Shown one piece after another: positions 8,973 through 23,277 of a stretch of 42,584 bases of DNA. The notes below the pieces were generated by a model, which was not told the DNA's origin, ran no database searches, and saw only the letters and a list, made by a program, of their open reading frames with translations. The position numbers were made by a program, and so were the translations under genes. Position 1 is the first letter of the stretch; each line of letters begins with the position of its first letter. The stretch spans positions 1 to 42,584 of the forward strand of contig JANXTJ010000261.1 of NCBI GenBank assembly GCA_025352485.1, written 5' to 3'. This DNA is from Salinibacterium sp. GTDB taxonomy: Bacteria > Actinomycetota > Actinomycetes > Actinomycetales > Microbacteriaceae.

Positions 8973-10391
8973 GTGGGACTAGTGGCGGAATTAACAGACC
9001 CGACCCGTGTCATCTGGCAGTCGGTGCTCTCGCATCTGACCTCAGACGATCGAATCACCCCACAACTGTTGGGTTTCGTCAGCCTGGTCGAGCCCAAGGG
9101 GGTGATGGCAGGCACCCTCTATCTGGAAGTCCCCAATGAGTTGACGCGCGGGATGCTCGAGCAGCGCATCCGGCTCCCGCTTCTCAACGCTATTGCGGCG
9201 CTGGGAGACGAATACCCGGTCAGCAACTTCGCCATCGTTGTGAACCCCGACATCCAACAAGACTCGCTGGAACAGATCGACCCCGGCGAGCAGTCCTATA
9301 TCGAGCCCATCCCCGCGCCGATCGTGGACTCGTCGCCCAGAAGGTCAGATTCTCGGCTCAACCCGAAATACAGCTTCGACAACTTCGTCATCGGCGGCTC
9401 CAACCGATTCGCTCACGCGGCGGCCGTTGCCGTAGCGGAAGCGCCGGCTAAGGCCTACAACCCACTTTTCGTCTACGGCGGATCGGGGCTGGGTAAAACT
9501 CACCTCCTGCACGCCATCGGTCACTACGCCGAGAGTCTTTATCCGGGAATCCGAGTCCGGTATGTGAGTTCCGAGGAATTCACGAACGACTTCATCAACT
9601 CGATTGCTAACAACAGGGCCTCGGTCTTCCAGTCGCGGTACCGCGAGATCGACATCCTGCTCATCGACGACATCCAATTTCTCCAGGGGAAAGATTCCAC
9701 TCAGGAGGCCTTCTTTCACACCTTCAATACCCTGCATGACCACAACAAGCAGGTGGTCATCACCAGCGACCTTCCGCCCAAGCATTTGACCGGGTTCGAA
9801 GACAGGATGCGCTCCCGATTTGAGTGGGGACTCATTACCGATGTGCAGGCACCAGACCTAGAGACCCGGATTGCCATCCTGCGTAAGAAAGCGCAGAGCG
9901 ACAAGCTCCAGGTGAGCAACGAAATCCTGGAGTACATGGCCTCCAAAGTCTCGTCGAATATCCGGGAACTCGAGGGCACGTTGATTCGGGTCACGGCCTT
10001 CGCCAGCCTCAATAAGACCACCGTCGACATGGCGCTCGTTCAAACGGTACTCAAAGACCTCATCACCCTCGACGAAGACAATGTCATTGCGCCGGTCGAC
10101 ATCATCAACCACACCGCCGAATACTTCAAGCTGACCGTCGAAGATCTTTACGGCTCGTCACGCTCGCAGGCCGTCGCCACAGCACGTCAAATCGCGATGT
10201 ACCTCTGCCGGGAGATGACCAACCTTTCCTTGCCGAAGATCGGGCAGCTTTTTGGCAATCGTGACCACACCACGGTGATGTACGCGAATAAAAAAATTAC
10301 CGAGTTGATGAAGGAACGGCGCTCAATTTATAACCAGGTGACCGAGCTCACCAGCCGCATCAAACAGAATCATCGCTACAACAAAGCCTGA
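8973..10391 (+). CDS. dnaA: Chromosomal replication initiator DnaA
   Basis: YNPLFVYGGSGLGKTHL, LLIDDIQF, RELEG, RDHTTV; start GTG 8973 or 8982. Confidence 0.98.
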   Translation: MGLVAELTDPTRVIWQSVLSHLTSDDRITPQLLGFVSLVEPKGVMAGTLYLEVPNELTRGMLEQRIRLPLLNAIAALGDEYPVSNFAIVVNPDIQQDSLEQIDPGEQSYIEPIPAPIVDSSPRRSDSRLNPKYSFDNFVIGGSNRFAHAAAVAVAEAPAKAYNPLFVYGGSGLGKTHLLHAIGHYAESLYPGIRVRYVSSEEFTNDFINSIANNRASVFQSRYREIDILLIDDIQFLQGKDSTQEAFFHTFNTLHDHNKQVVITSDLPPKHLTGFEDRMRSRFEWGLITDVQAPDLETRIAILRKKAQSDKLQVSNEILEYMASKVSSNIRELEGTLIRVTAFASLNKTTVDMALVQTVLKDLITLDEDNVIAPVDIINHTAEYFKLTVEDLYGSSRSQAVATARQIAMYLCREMTNLSLPKIGQLFGNRDHTTVMYANKKITELMKERRSIYNQVTELTSRIKQNHRYNKA

Positions 10392-10736
10392 ACCTGCGTG
10401 GGAGAGTTTCACACGGTGTGAATAACCTGTGGATAACTTGCCAGACGCGCCGGACAAACTGTTGATACAGAATTCGCACCTGTGGAACTTGAAACAAGCT
10501 CGATCAAGTTGCGGTTTCGATCCAGCGGTTATCGAACGTCGTTTCTACAACTGACACGGTTGTAGTTCCCAACTCGCAGAACGAATCCGCGGAGTTACAC
10601 ACAGACTGCACACCGGTTATGACTATTAGTTCTTAAGAGAATGAATGGGGAGAGAAGGAACCCTCAGGGCTCACGTCGCATTCGGCTGTGCCAGTATTAA
10701 CCGGCCAGACAGCAGATTCGTGTAAGGGGTGATTCC
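10392..10736. other. oriC: oriC (dnaA-dnaN intergenic region)
   Basis: DnaA boxes TGTGAATAA 10417, TGTGGATAA 10428, degenerate boxes at 10460, 10481, 10595, 10606; AT-rich stretch 10617-10645; gene orientation flips around dnaA. Confidence 0.88.
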
Positions 10737-11882
10737 ATGAAGTTTCAGGTCAATCGTGACGTCTTCAGTGAGGCTGTTTCGTTCACGGTCAAGCTGCTTC
10801 CACAGCGCACTACCCTGCCTATCCTCAGTGGGGTGCTGATTGAGGCCACGGCCGACGGGTTGTTTCTTTCTTCCTTCGACTACGAAGTTTCTGCACGAAC
10901 CGAAATCGCAGCCCAGGTAGACGAACCCGGAAAGGTTCTCGTCTCGGGGCGGTTACTCGCCGACATTGCCAGCAGACTTCCTAACGCGCCCGTGAAGTTT
11001 TCGACAGAAGACGGCCGGATCACGGTGGCCTGCGGCTCCGGGCACTTCACCCTGCTCAGCATGCCCGTCGAGGAATACCCCACACTGCCTCAGATTTCCG
11101 CACAGTCGGGTATTCTGCAGGCCGAGGATTTCGCAAATGCAATAGCGCAGGTCGCGGTGGCCGCATCCCGTGATGATGTAACTCCCGTGATTACCGGCGT
11201 TCAACTCGAGGTCTCCCAGAACAGTCTTTCCCTGGTGGCTACGGATCGCTATCGCGTTGCCGTTCGTGAGATCGCCTGGGATTCCGCCGACTCTGGCATC
11301 GATTCGGTGACTGCGCTTGTTCCGGCCCGCACCTTGGCGGAGATCGGCAAGACGTTTGGCCACAGTGGCACCATTTCGGTCGCGATCACCAGCTCGGACG
11401 ATCGCGAACTCATTGCCTTCCAGGCCGACAAGAAGACCGTGACGTCGCTGCTCATCAAGGGGAACTTTCCTCCTGTGAAGCGTCTGTTCCCTGAGACTGT
11501 CGATAACTTCGCCGTCATCAACACCGCAGAATTGATCGAGGCAGTTCGCCGCGTCTCCCTCGTGCTGGAACGGGAGGCCGCGCTGCGCTTTACCTTCACG
11601 CTCGAGGGTGTGACCTTGGAGGCCATTGGTTCTGAGCAGGCTCAGGCTTCTGAGTCCATCGACGCCTTTTTGACCGGTAGCGACACCGTCGTTTCGCTCA
11701 AGCCTCAATTCTTGCTCGATGGCCTCAGTTCGGTGCATTCCGAGTTCGTGAGAATTTCCTTCACCAAGACGGAGAACCCGAATAAGCCCGGGCCCGTGTT
11801 GATCACCAGCCAATCTTCAAAAGATCAGCCGGGCGCCGATAACTACAAATATCTTTTGCAGCCCAACCTGCTGCTGCGCTAA
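10737..11882 (+). CDS. dnaN: DNA polymerase III beta clamp
   Basis: LPILSGVL, VATDRYR, GNFP, C-terminal YLLQPNLL; follows dnaA. Confidence 0.97.
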   Translation: MKFQVNRDVFSEAVSFTVKLLPQRTTLPILSGVLIEATADGLFLSSFDYEVSARTEIAAQVDEPGKVLVSGRLLADIASRLPNAPVKFSTEDGRITVACGSGHFTLLSMPVEEYPTLPQISAQSGILQAEDFANAIAQVAVAASRDDVTPVITGVQLEVSQNSLSLVATDRYRVAVREIAWDSADSGIDSVTALVPARTLAEIGKTFGHSGTISVAITSSDDRELIAFQADKKTVTSLLIKGNFPPVKRLFPETVDNFAVINTAELIEAVRRVSLVLEREAALRFTFTLEGVTLEAIGSEQAQASESIDAFLTGSDTVVSLKPQFLLDGLSSVHSEFVRISFTKTENPNKPGPVLITSQSSKDQPGADNYKYLLQPNLLLR

Positions 11883-11912
11883 GTCACCGCCACTCCTTTT
11901 GAAGGGAACGTC

Positions 11913-12797
11913 ATGCACATCGGAATTATCGGTCTGGGCAAGATGGGCAACAATATGCGCGACCGGCTGCGCAAAAACGGGGTCCAGATCTCGGGTTACG
12001 ACCCCAATCCGGCCGTAACCGACGTGGCTTCCCTCCCAGATCTCGTCGAGGCGCTTCCCACCCCGCGCGTCGTCTGGGTGATGGTGCCATCGGGAAAAAT
12101 CACCGACGACGTGATTCACAATCTTGCTGACGTGTTAAGTCCGGGCGACATCGTGATTGATGGCGGTAACTCCCGGTACACGGATGATGCGATCCATGCA
12201 GAGTTCCTCGCCAACAAAAAAATAAAATTTATCGACTGCGGTGTCTCGGGTGGAATCTGGGGCCTTGAGAACGGTTACGGTCTGATGGCCGGCGGCGACG
12301 CGGAAGATATCGCCACGGCCATGCCAATCTTCGATGCCCTACGTCCGGATGGGCCTCGCGACGAAGGGTTCGTTCACGCCGGCCCGGTTGGCGCCGGGCA
12401 CTACGTGAAAATGGTCCATAACGGCATCGAGTACGCCCTGATGCAGGCCTGGGCCGAGGGGTACGAACTTCTCGACAGTCGCAAAGACCTCGTCCACGAC
12501 GTGACCGGGGCATTTAAGGCGTGGCAGCGTGGCACCGTCGTTCGCTCTTGGCTGCTCGAGCTGCTGGTCAAAGCCCTCGAAGAGGATCCAGAGTTTGCCG
12601 ACATCGCCGGCTATGTCGACGACTCGGGGGAGGGGCGTTGGACGGTTCACGAGGCGCTGGATCGTGCGGTACCCGTTCCCACCATCAGTGCGGCGATTTT
12701 TGCTCGGTTTGTTTCACGCCAGAAGGACTCGCCGTCGATGAAAGCTGTCGCGGCGCTCCGCAATCAGTTTGGTGGCCACGCCGTTCGCAAGAACTGA
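11913..12797 (+). CDS. gnd: 6-phosphogluconate dehydrogenase, short form
   Basis: GIIGLGKMG, IDGGNS, GHYVKMVHNGIEY, DSGEGRWT, RNQFGGH. Confidence 0.93.
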   Translation: MHIGIIGLGKMGNNMRDRLRKNGVQISGYDPNPAVTDVASLPDLVEALPTPRVVWVMVPSGKITDDVIHNLADVLSPGDIVIDGGNSRYTDDAIHAEFLANKKIKFIDCGVSGGIWGLENGYGLMAGGDAEDIATAMPIFDALRPDGPRDEGFVHAGPVGAGHYVKMVHNGIEYALMQAWAEGYELLDSRKDLVHDVTGAFKAWQRGTVVRSWLLELLVKALEEDPEFADIAGYVDDSGEGRWTVHEALDRAVPVPTISAAIFARFVSRQKDSPSMKAVAALRNQFGGHAVRKN

Positions 12798-12809
12798 TGT
12801 TGGGTTGAT

Positions 12810-13965
12810 GTGATCGTTCGGCAGTTGAGTCTCACCGACTTCAGAAACTACGAAAACCTCGATGTCGCACTGCGCCCCGGTGCGAACCTCTTCGTCGGCA
12901 GCAATGGTCAGGGAAAGACAAATCTTGTCGAGGCGCTCGGCTTCCTGAGCACGCTGGGATCGCATCGAGTTTCCACCGATCACGCGATGATCCGTCAGGG
13001 GCAGGATGCCGCGATCGTGCGCGCACGACTTTCGCATGCCGAGCGCGAAGTGCTCGCAGAGGTACAGATAAATCGGTCTCTCGCCAATCGCGCGCAGGTG
13101 AACCGTTCGCCAATTAAGACCAGAGAATTACCACGATATTTCTCGAGTGTCTTGTTCGCGCCCGAGGATTTGGCACTGGTGCGTGCCGAGCCGTCCGGTC
13201 GCCGCCGATTTATGGACGAACTGCTGGTGGTGCGTTTCCCGCGGCTGAGCGGCGTGATCGCCGACTACGAGCGGGTGCTGCGTCAGCGCAACACCCTTCT
13301 GAAATCGGCGCGCCAGGTGGGATCTCGTGGCGACCAACTGTCGACGCTTGATATTTGGGATGAACGCCTCATCGCGTTCGGTTCCGAGATAATTCATGCG
13401 CGCAGCGCTCTCGTCGATGAGCTCGGCCCGGAGGTGAGCTCCGCGTACACCGCGATTGCCGGTGCCGACCACGGAGCTATCCTGACCAACTATTTGAGTA
13501 TTCTGGCGACCACCCCAGATGACGACGCCACTGATTCGGGAGCCACCCGGGCGGGCATCGTGACGGTCGCGGCCGCGGCTGAGGCCTTTCGCGCCGCCCT
13601 CGCGCGGCTGCGCCGCGCTGAGGTCGATCGCGGGGTCACCCTCGCAGGGCCCCACCGGGATGACCTCATCCTCGAGCTCAACGGTTTGCCCGCGCGTGGC
13701 TACGCCAGCCACGGCGAGTCTTGGTCGTTTGCGCTGGCCCTGAAACTTGCGTCTGCCGCGGTGCTGCGCCGCGAGTCATCCACGGGGGATCCCGTTTTGA
13801 TTCTCGATGATGTCTTCGCCGAGCTTGATCGGTCGCGTCGCGGTCGGCTGGCCGCTGCCGTCGGAGATTTCGAGCAGGTGCTCATCACCGCCGCGGTCTT
13901 TGAGGATGTGCCGGAAAACTTGGCGACGCATGTGGTGCACATCATGGCGGGCAGGGTGGTGGAGG

Positions 13966-13976
<11 letters not shown>
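12810..13976 (+). CDS. recF: DNA replication/repair protein RecF
   Basis: FRNY, GSNGQGKTN Walker A, GPHRDD, ILDDVFAELD. Confidence 0.96.
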
Positions 13977-16691
<2,715 letters not shown>

Positions 16692-16716
16692 TCGACGCGC
16701 AGATAGGTATTTAGAC

Positions 16717-19324
<2,608 letters not shown>

Positions 19325-19332
<8 letters not shown>

Positions 19333-19732
19333 TGTCGCGGAGAAACTTCAGCGCAAGTCGCAGCGCCAGGTAGCCGTCAAGCAGGTCAGGCTGAAGCTGG
19401 TCTATGTCGACTTCTGGTCGGCCGTCAAGCTGTCGTTCTTGGTCGCCGCCTCGCTGGGCGTCGTGCTCGTCGTTGCGACCATCTTTGTCTGGATCGTTCT
19501 CAACTCGACGGGGATCTTCGGCAACCTCGACAAGATCCTGAAAGACATTCTGGGTGATCCCCAGTTCACCATCTCCCGCAGTTTCTCACTTCCCCAGGTG
19601 GCGCTCTTCGCGTTCGTCATCGCCATTCTGAACGTCGTGGTGGGGACGGCGCTGGGCGCGGTCGCCAGTATGCTTTATAACTTCAGTGTTCGGATCACCG
19701 GCGGTCTTCTGGTGGGGTTCACCAACAACTGA
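19325..19732 (+). CDS. DUF3566 membrane protein (Rv0007-like)
   Basis: [17 protein letters not shown], two TM helices, LYN...GG; conserved position after gyrA. Confidence 0.85.
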
Positions 19733-19781
19733 TCGATTGCAACAAACCCGGCCGCGTAGGGTAAGTTCTTACTCGGCCCAC

Positions 19782-19855
19782 GGGGGTATAGCTCAGGCGG
19801 TTAGAGCGCTTCGCTGATAACGAAGAGGTCCCAGGTTCAAGTCCTGGTACCCCCA
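19782..19855 (+). tRNA. tRNA-Ile(GAT)
   Basis: Acceptor GGGGGTA/TACCCCC, anticodon arm CTTCG-CTGATAA-CGAAG, T-loop GGTTCAAGTCC; CCA not encoded. Confidence 0.97.
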
Positions 19856-19898
19856 CTGGAACTCCCACAAGGGGTTCCTTTATCTTCCTCGGCCATCC

Positions 19899-19971
19899 GG
19901 GGCCTTAGCTCAATTGGTAGAGCGCCTGCTTTGCAAGCAGGAGGTCAGGGGTTCGATTCCCCTAGGCTCCA
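19899..19971 (+). tRNA. tRNA-Ala(TGC)
   Basis: Acceptor GGGGCCT/AGGCTCC with G3:U70, anticodon arm CCTGC-TTTGCAA-GCAGG, GGTTCGATTCC. Confidence 0.97.
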
Positions 19972-19972
19972 C

Positions 19973-20011
19973 AAAAGAAAAGAACGCCGCCAGTAGCTGG
20001 CGGCGTTCCTT
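19973..20011. terminator. Probable bidirectional intrinsic terminator
   Basis: GAACGCCGCCAG-tag-CTGGCGGCGTTC stem (19982-20008), A-rich run on the left (U tract for the minus strand), between convergent genes. Confidence 0.8.
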
Positions 20012-20025
20012 CGCGAATGACCGAG

Positions 20026-20583
20026 TTACAGCTCGTCGTCGGGTTCTTCTGAGCTATCGTCGTCGTCGATCCAGAGATCGTCGTCGGCGCGCAGGGTCTG
20101 CCAGGCGGCGTAAGCCACTCCGGCCGCGGCCACCACGGCGATTCCGATCAGGATGTAGCGCCCTGCGCCCGCCGGCTTGGGCTTGATCACTCCAACCCGG
20201 GTACCGGCGTCCGTTCCGATCTTTGTGGCGCGGCCGATGGCGTCGCGCACCTGTTGGTTCTTGGCGACCTCGATCGCGGCAAGCGCCGTGCCGAGAGCCG
20301 ACGACATGGCGGGCAGCACGTTGTGGACGAGGTTGTCGCGGCCGGTAGTTGCTGCTGAGCGTGCGCCGGCGATCCCGGATCGGACCGCGGGACGCACGGT
20401 GTCTTCGTAGGTGTCACGGATTCGCGGCGACACCTCTTCCCTGGCGTAGTGCGCCGCTTGACGGCTGGCGTCACGAACGATCTGCGATGCGTGATCAAGC
20501 AGCTCTTTCTGGCCTTCCCAGAGATCCCCAGCCTGACCTTTCAGCCTGTTGAGCTCTTTCCGGCGTTTACGCGATAGTGCCAT
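20026..20583 (-). CDS. Conserved hypothetical membrane protein at the cwsA (Rv0008c) position
   Basis: GGAGG SD, helical N-region, one C-terminal TM (ILIGIAVVAAAGVAYAAW), acidic tail; between tRNA-Ala and ppiA. Confidence 0.8.
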   Translation of the reverse strand: MALSRKRRKELNRLKGQAGDLWEGQKELLDHASQIVRDASRQAAHYAREEVSPRIRDTYEDTVRPAVRSGIAGARSAATTGRDNLVHNVLPAMSSALGTALAAIEVAKNQQVRDAIGRATKIGTDAGTRVGVIKPKPAGAGRYILIGIAVVAAAGVAYAAWQTLRADDDLWIDDDDSSEEPDDEL

Positions 20584-20721
20584 GGGGAAACCTCCAGTGG
20601 ATAAAAACTAACTGACCAGCCAATACTGCCACGACGCCCCTTTCGCGGGTACGGGGTTGACGCAGAGGCTCTGGCACCTTTACAGCGCCCGCACGGAAAG
20701 CGCTATGCAAGAATTGACCTC

Positions 20722-21261
20722 ATGTCACTCCACACAGCCGTAGCCACAGTGAAGACCAACCTGGGAACGATCAAACTCAACCTCTATGGCAACCACGCGC
20801 CGAAAACGGTGGCCAACTTCACCGGGCTCGCTTCCGGCACCATCCAGTGGACGCATCCCGCCACCGGCAAGGTATCCACGGACAAGCTCTACGACGGTGT
20901 CATCTTCCACCGCATCATCAAAGACTTCATGCTTCAGGGCGGAGACCCGCTCGGCCAGGGAGTCGGCGGCCCCGGATTCCAGTTCGACGATGAAATCAAC
21001 GGAGAGCTGACCTTCGGCGAGCCCTACATCCTGGCGATGGCAAACGCGGGCACCCAGGGCGGCCGTGGCACCAACGGCTCACAGTTCTTTATCACCACGG
21101 CGTCGACCCCGTGGCTGCAGGGCAAGCACACCATTTTCGGCGTCGTCGCTGACGACGAGTCGAAGCGTGTCGTCGATGCCATCGAGGCCGTCGACACCGA
21201 TTCCCGTGACAAGCCCCTCACAGACGTTGTGATCGAAAGCGTCACCATCGACGAAGCCTGA
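20722..21261 (+). CDS. ppiA: Cyclophilin-type peptidyl-prolyl isomerase
   Basis: FHRIIKDFMLQGGDP, LAMANAG, TNGSQFFIT, WLQGKHTIFG. Confidence 0.95.
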   Translation: MSLHTAVATVKTNLGTIKLNLYGNHAPKTVANFTGLASGTIQWTHPATGKVSTDKLYDGVIFHRIIKDFMLQGGDPLGQGVGGPGFQFDDEINGELTFGEPYILAMANAGTQGGRGTNGSQFFITTASTPWLQGKHTIFGVVADDESKRVVDAIEAVDTDSRDKPLTDVVIESVTIDEA

Positions 21262-21266
21262 TATCG

Positions 21267-22100
21267 GTGTCGAACGCGCCGGTCAATCCGGCTAACTTTT
21301 GCTACCGGCATCCCGACCGGCAGAGCTTCGTGTTGTGCCAGCGGTGCGGTCGCACGATCTGCCCACAATGCCAGACGCAGGCGGCCGTTGGCGTGCACTG
21401 CCCTGAGTGTGTGAAAGAGGGCAGGGCCGGTTCGCCGCGACGCACCTCGACGATTGCCGGGGCACTGCGCTCGACTGCAGATCAGCCGGTCGTGACCTGG
21501 GCGATCATCGCGTTGTGCGCGTTGATCTACGTGTTGCAGCTGCTACCAAACAGCCCGGTGACGAATGCGCTGTTGTACTACGCGCCCTACACCTATACCC
21601 AACCGTGGCGCATGATCACGGCGCTGTTCGTACACTCGCCCAGCTCGTTCCTGCACATCCTGTTCAACATGTTCTCGCTCTTCGTCTTTGGACCAATAAT
21701 GGAGCGGATGCTGGGCCGGGTACGTTTTCTCGTCCTTTACCTGCTGAGTGGGTTCGGTGGCTCGGTCGCTGTGCTGCTCATCGCCCCGTCGACACCTGTG
21801 GTCGGGGCATCCGGTGCGATCTTTGGGCTGCTGGGCGCCTACTTCGTGATTCAGCGCAAGCTCGGCGGCAACGCGACCCAGCTTCTGATCGTGATCGGGC
21901 TCAACCTCGTCATCGGGTTTCTGCCGGGCACGAATATCGCGTGGCAGGCCCACGTCGGAGGGCTGATCGTGGGTGCGGCAACGGCACTCGTCTATTTGAG
22001 AACCCGTCGGGAGAACCAAAGAGTCGTGCAGGTGATCGCGGTGATCGGCATCTTTGTAGCACTGCTGGCCCTGACTCTGGCGCGGCTGTACCTGATCTAG
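21267..22100 (+). CDS. Rhomboid intramembrane serine protease with N-terminal B-box-like zinc finger
   Basis: CYRHP...CQRC...CPQC...HCPEC; WR motif, HILFNM, GASG (Ser), AHVGG (His). Confidence 0.93.
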   Translation: MSNAPVNPANFCYRHPDRQSFVLCQRCGRTICPQCQTQAAVGVHCPECVKEGRAGSPRRTSTIAGALRSTADQPVVTWAIIALCALIYVLQLLPNSPVTNALLYYAPYTYTQPWRMITALFVHSPSSFLHILFNMFSLFVFGPIMERMLGRVRFLVLYLLSGFGGSVAVLLIAPSTPVVGASGAIFGLLGAYFVIQRKLGGNATQLLIVIGLNLVIGFLPGTNIAWQAHVGGLIVGAATALVYLRTRRENQRVVQVIAVIGIFVALLALTLARLYLI

Positions 22101-22118
22101 CGGAGGCCCTCGGGCTAG

Positions 22119-22167
22119 TTATCCACAGCGCTATCCACAGTGGGTATAACTACATGCCTGTAGTTAT
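22119..22167. promoter_or_regulatory. DnaA-box cluster plus 22-bp inverted repeat outside oriC
   Basis: TTATCCACA 22119, CTATCCACA 22131, TGGGTATAA 22141 (opposite orientation), ATAACTACA-tgcc-TGTAGTTAT 22146-22167. Confidence 0.8.
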
Positions 22168-22181
22168 TGTGTGCGGGCTAC

Positions 22182-22424
22182 CTAGCGCCAGCGCGTCGTC
22201 ATCAGGAACCCTACAAACATAATTCCGAAGCCGACGAGGATATTGAAACTACCCAAGCTCGGGATCGGGAACTGGTTCTGGCTGACATAGAAGACGATGA
22301 TCCAGATGAGCCCGAGCAGCATGAAGCCAAACATTACCGGCTTGAACCAGACGGCGTTGGGGGCTTGCTCACCCGACGTGCTCTGCGGACGTTCGGTCTT
22401 GGTGCGTGCTGTCGTACGGGCCAT
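22182..22424 (-). CDS. crgA: Cell division protein CrgA
   Basis: PNAVWFKPVMFGFMLLGLIWIIVFY...NILVGFG...MTTRWR; 80 aa, two TMs; TAGAAT 7 nt before the ATG. Confidence 0.93.
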   Translation of the reverse strand: MARTTARTKTERPQSTSGEQAPNAVWFKPVMFGFMLLGLIWIIVFYVSQNQFPIPSLGSFNILVGFGIMFVGFLMTTRWR

Positions 22425-22509
22425 AACGAGGATTCTAGCCTGATTGCTGGGCCACGTCCCCGGGCGGGCTCGCAGTATCGGGCCGGTGGGACGCCTTAGA
22501 ATCGAACAC

Positions 22510-23277
22510 ATGGTTGCCGAGGATGCCTTGCGCCTACGCCCGCGCGCCGCGAAACGCCACCGGGTGAGCGTAATTGGCATCATAGGGGAGCTCTTTATCT
22601 CCGCAGGGGTTCTCGTATTACTCTTCCTCGGCTGGCAGCTCTGGCTCAATGACCTCGTCGTAGGCAACCAACAGAACAAGCAGGCCAGCCAACTCAGTCA
22701 GAGTTGGGGCAAGAATGAAGCGTCAGCACCGGTCGGCCCCCAACGCCCCGATCCCGGAGCGCCCGTTGTCGGTGTCGCTCCGGCGAACGCGGTCTCATTT
22801 GCCACCCTGATCGTGCCGCGTTTCGGCGCAGACTATCAGCGCCCGATCGCGGAGGGCATCGGCGTTGTCGATGTACTCAACGGGCGGATAGGGCACTACC
22901 CGGGAACCCAGATGCCCGGAGCCGTTGGAAACGTTGCGATCGCTGGCCATCGCACCACGTGGGGTGCCCCTTTCACCGCTATCAACGAGTTGCAGGTGGG
23001 AGACAGCATCTATATCGAGACCCCGGATGGCTGGTACAAATACATCTTCCGGTCGCTCGAATTCGTGCAACCGACCGGCGTGGGGGTGTTGGATGCCGTT
23101 CCGCAGTCACCGTCGACCGCACCGACCGATCGGCTGCTCACCATAACCAGTTGCAATCCCAAATTCTCTGCGGCTGAGCGGTTTGTGGCGTACAGCGTGT
23201 TCGACACCTGGTACCCGCGTGCTGGCGGCGCCCCGGCCGAGATCGCCGGGCTTACGCAGGCCAAGGCGGCCGGCTGA
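22510..23277 (+). CDS. Class E sortase
   Basis: N-terminal TM (GELFISAGVLVLLF), GHYP, AGHR (His), LTITSCNP (Cys), ERF (Arg). Confidence 0.9.
   Translation: MVAEDALRLRPRAAKRHRVSVIGIIGELFISAGVLVLLFLGWQLWLNDLVVGNQQNKQASQLSQSWGKNEASAPVGPQRPDPGAPVVGVAPANAVSFATLIVPRFGADYQRPIAEGIGVVDVLNGRIGHYPGTQMPGAVGNVAIAGHRTTWGAPFTAINELQVGDSIYIETPDGWYKYIFRSLEFVQPTGVGVLDAVPQSPSTAPTDRLLTITSCNPKFSAAERFVAYSVFDTWYPRAGGAPAEIAGLTQAKAAG

Noticed and set aside
11913-12797. gnd inserted between dnaN and recF
   Set aside because: This arrangement is known in several actinobacterial lineages, so it is not novel.
19914-20186. ORFs overlapping tRNA genes (also 32915-33286)
   Set aside because: Spurious translations of tRNA and terminator sequence.
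22502-22517. LexA/SOS box-like TCGAACACATGGTTGC at the sortase start (similar weak hit at 10532-10547)
   Set aside because: Right half-site has 2-3 mismatches to GTTCGA; not supportable.
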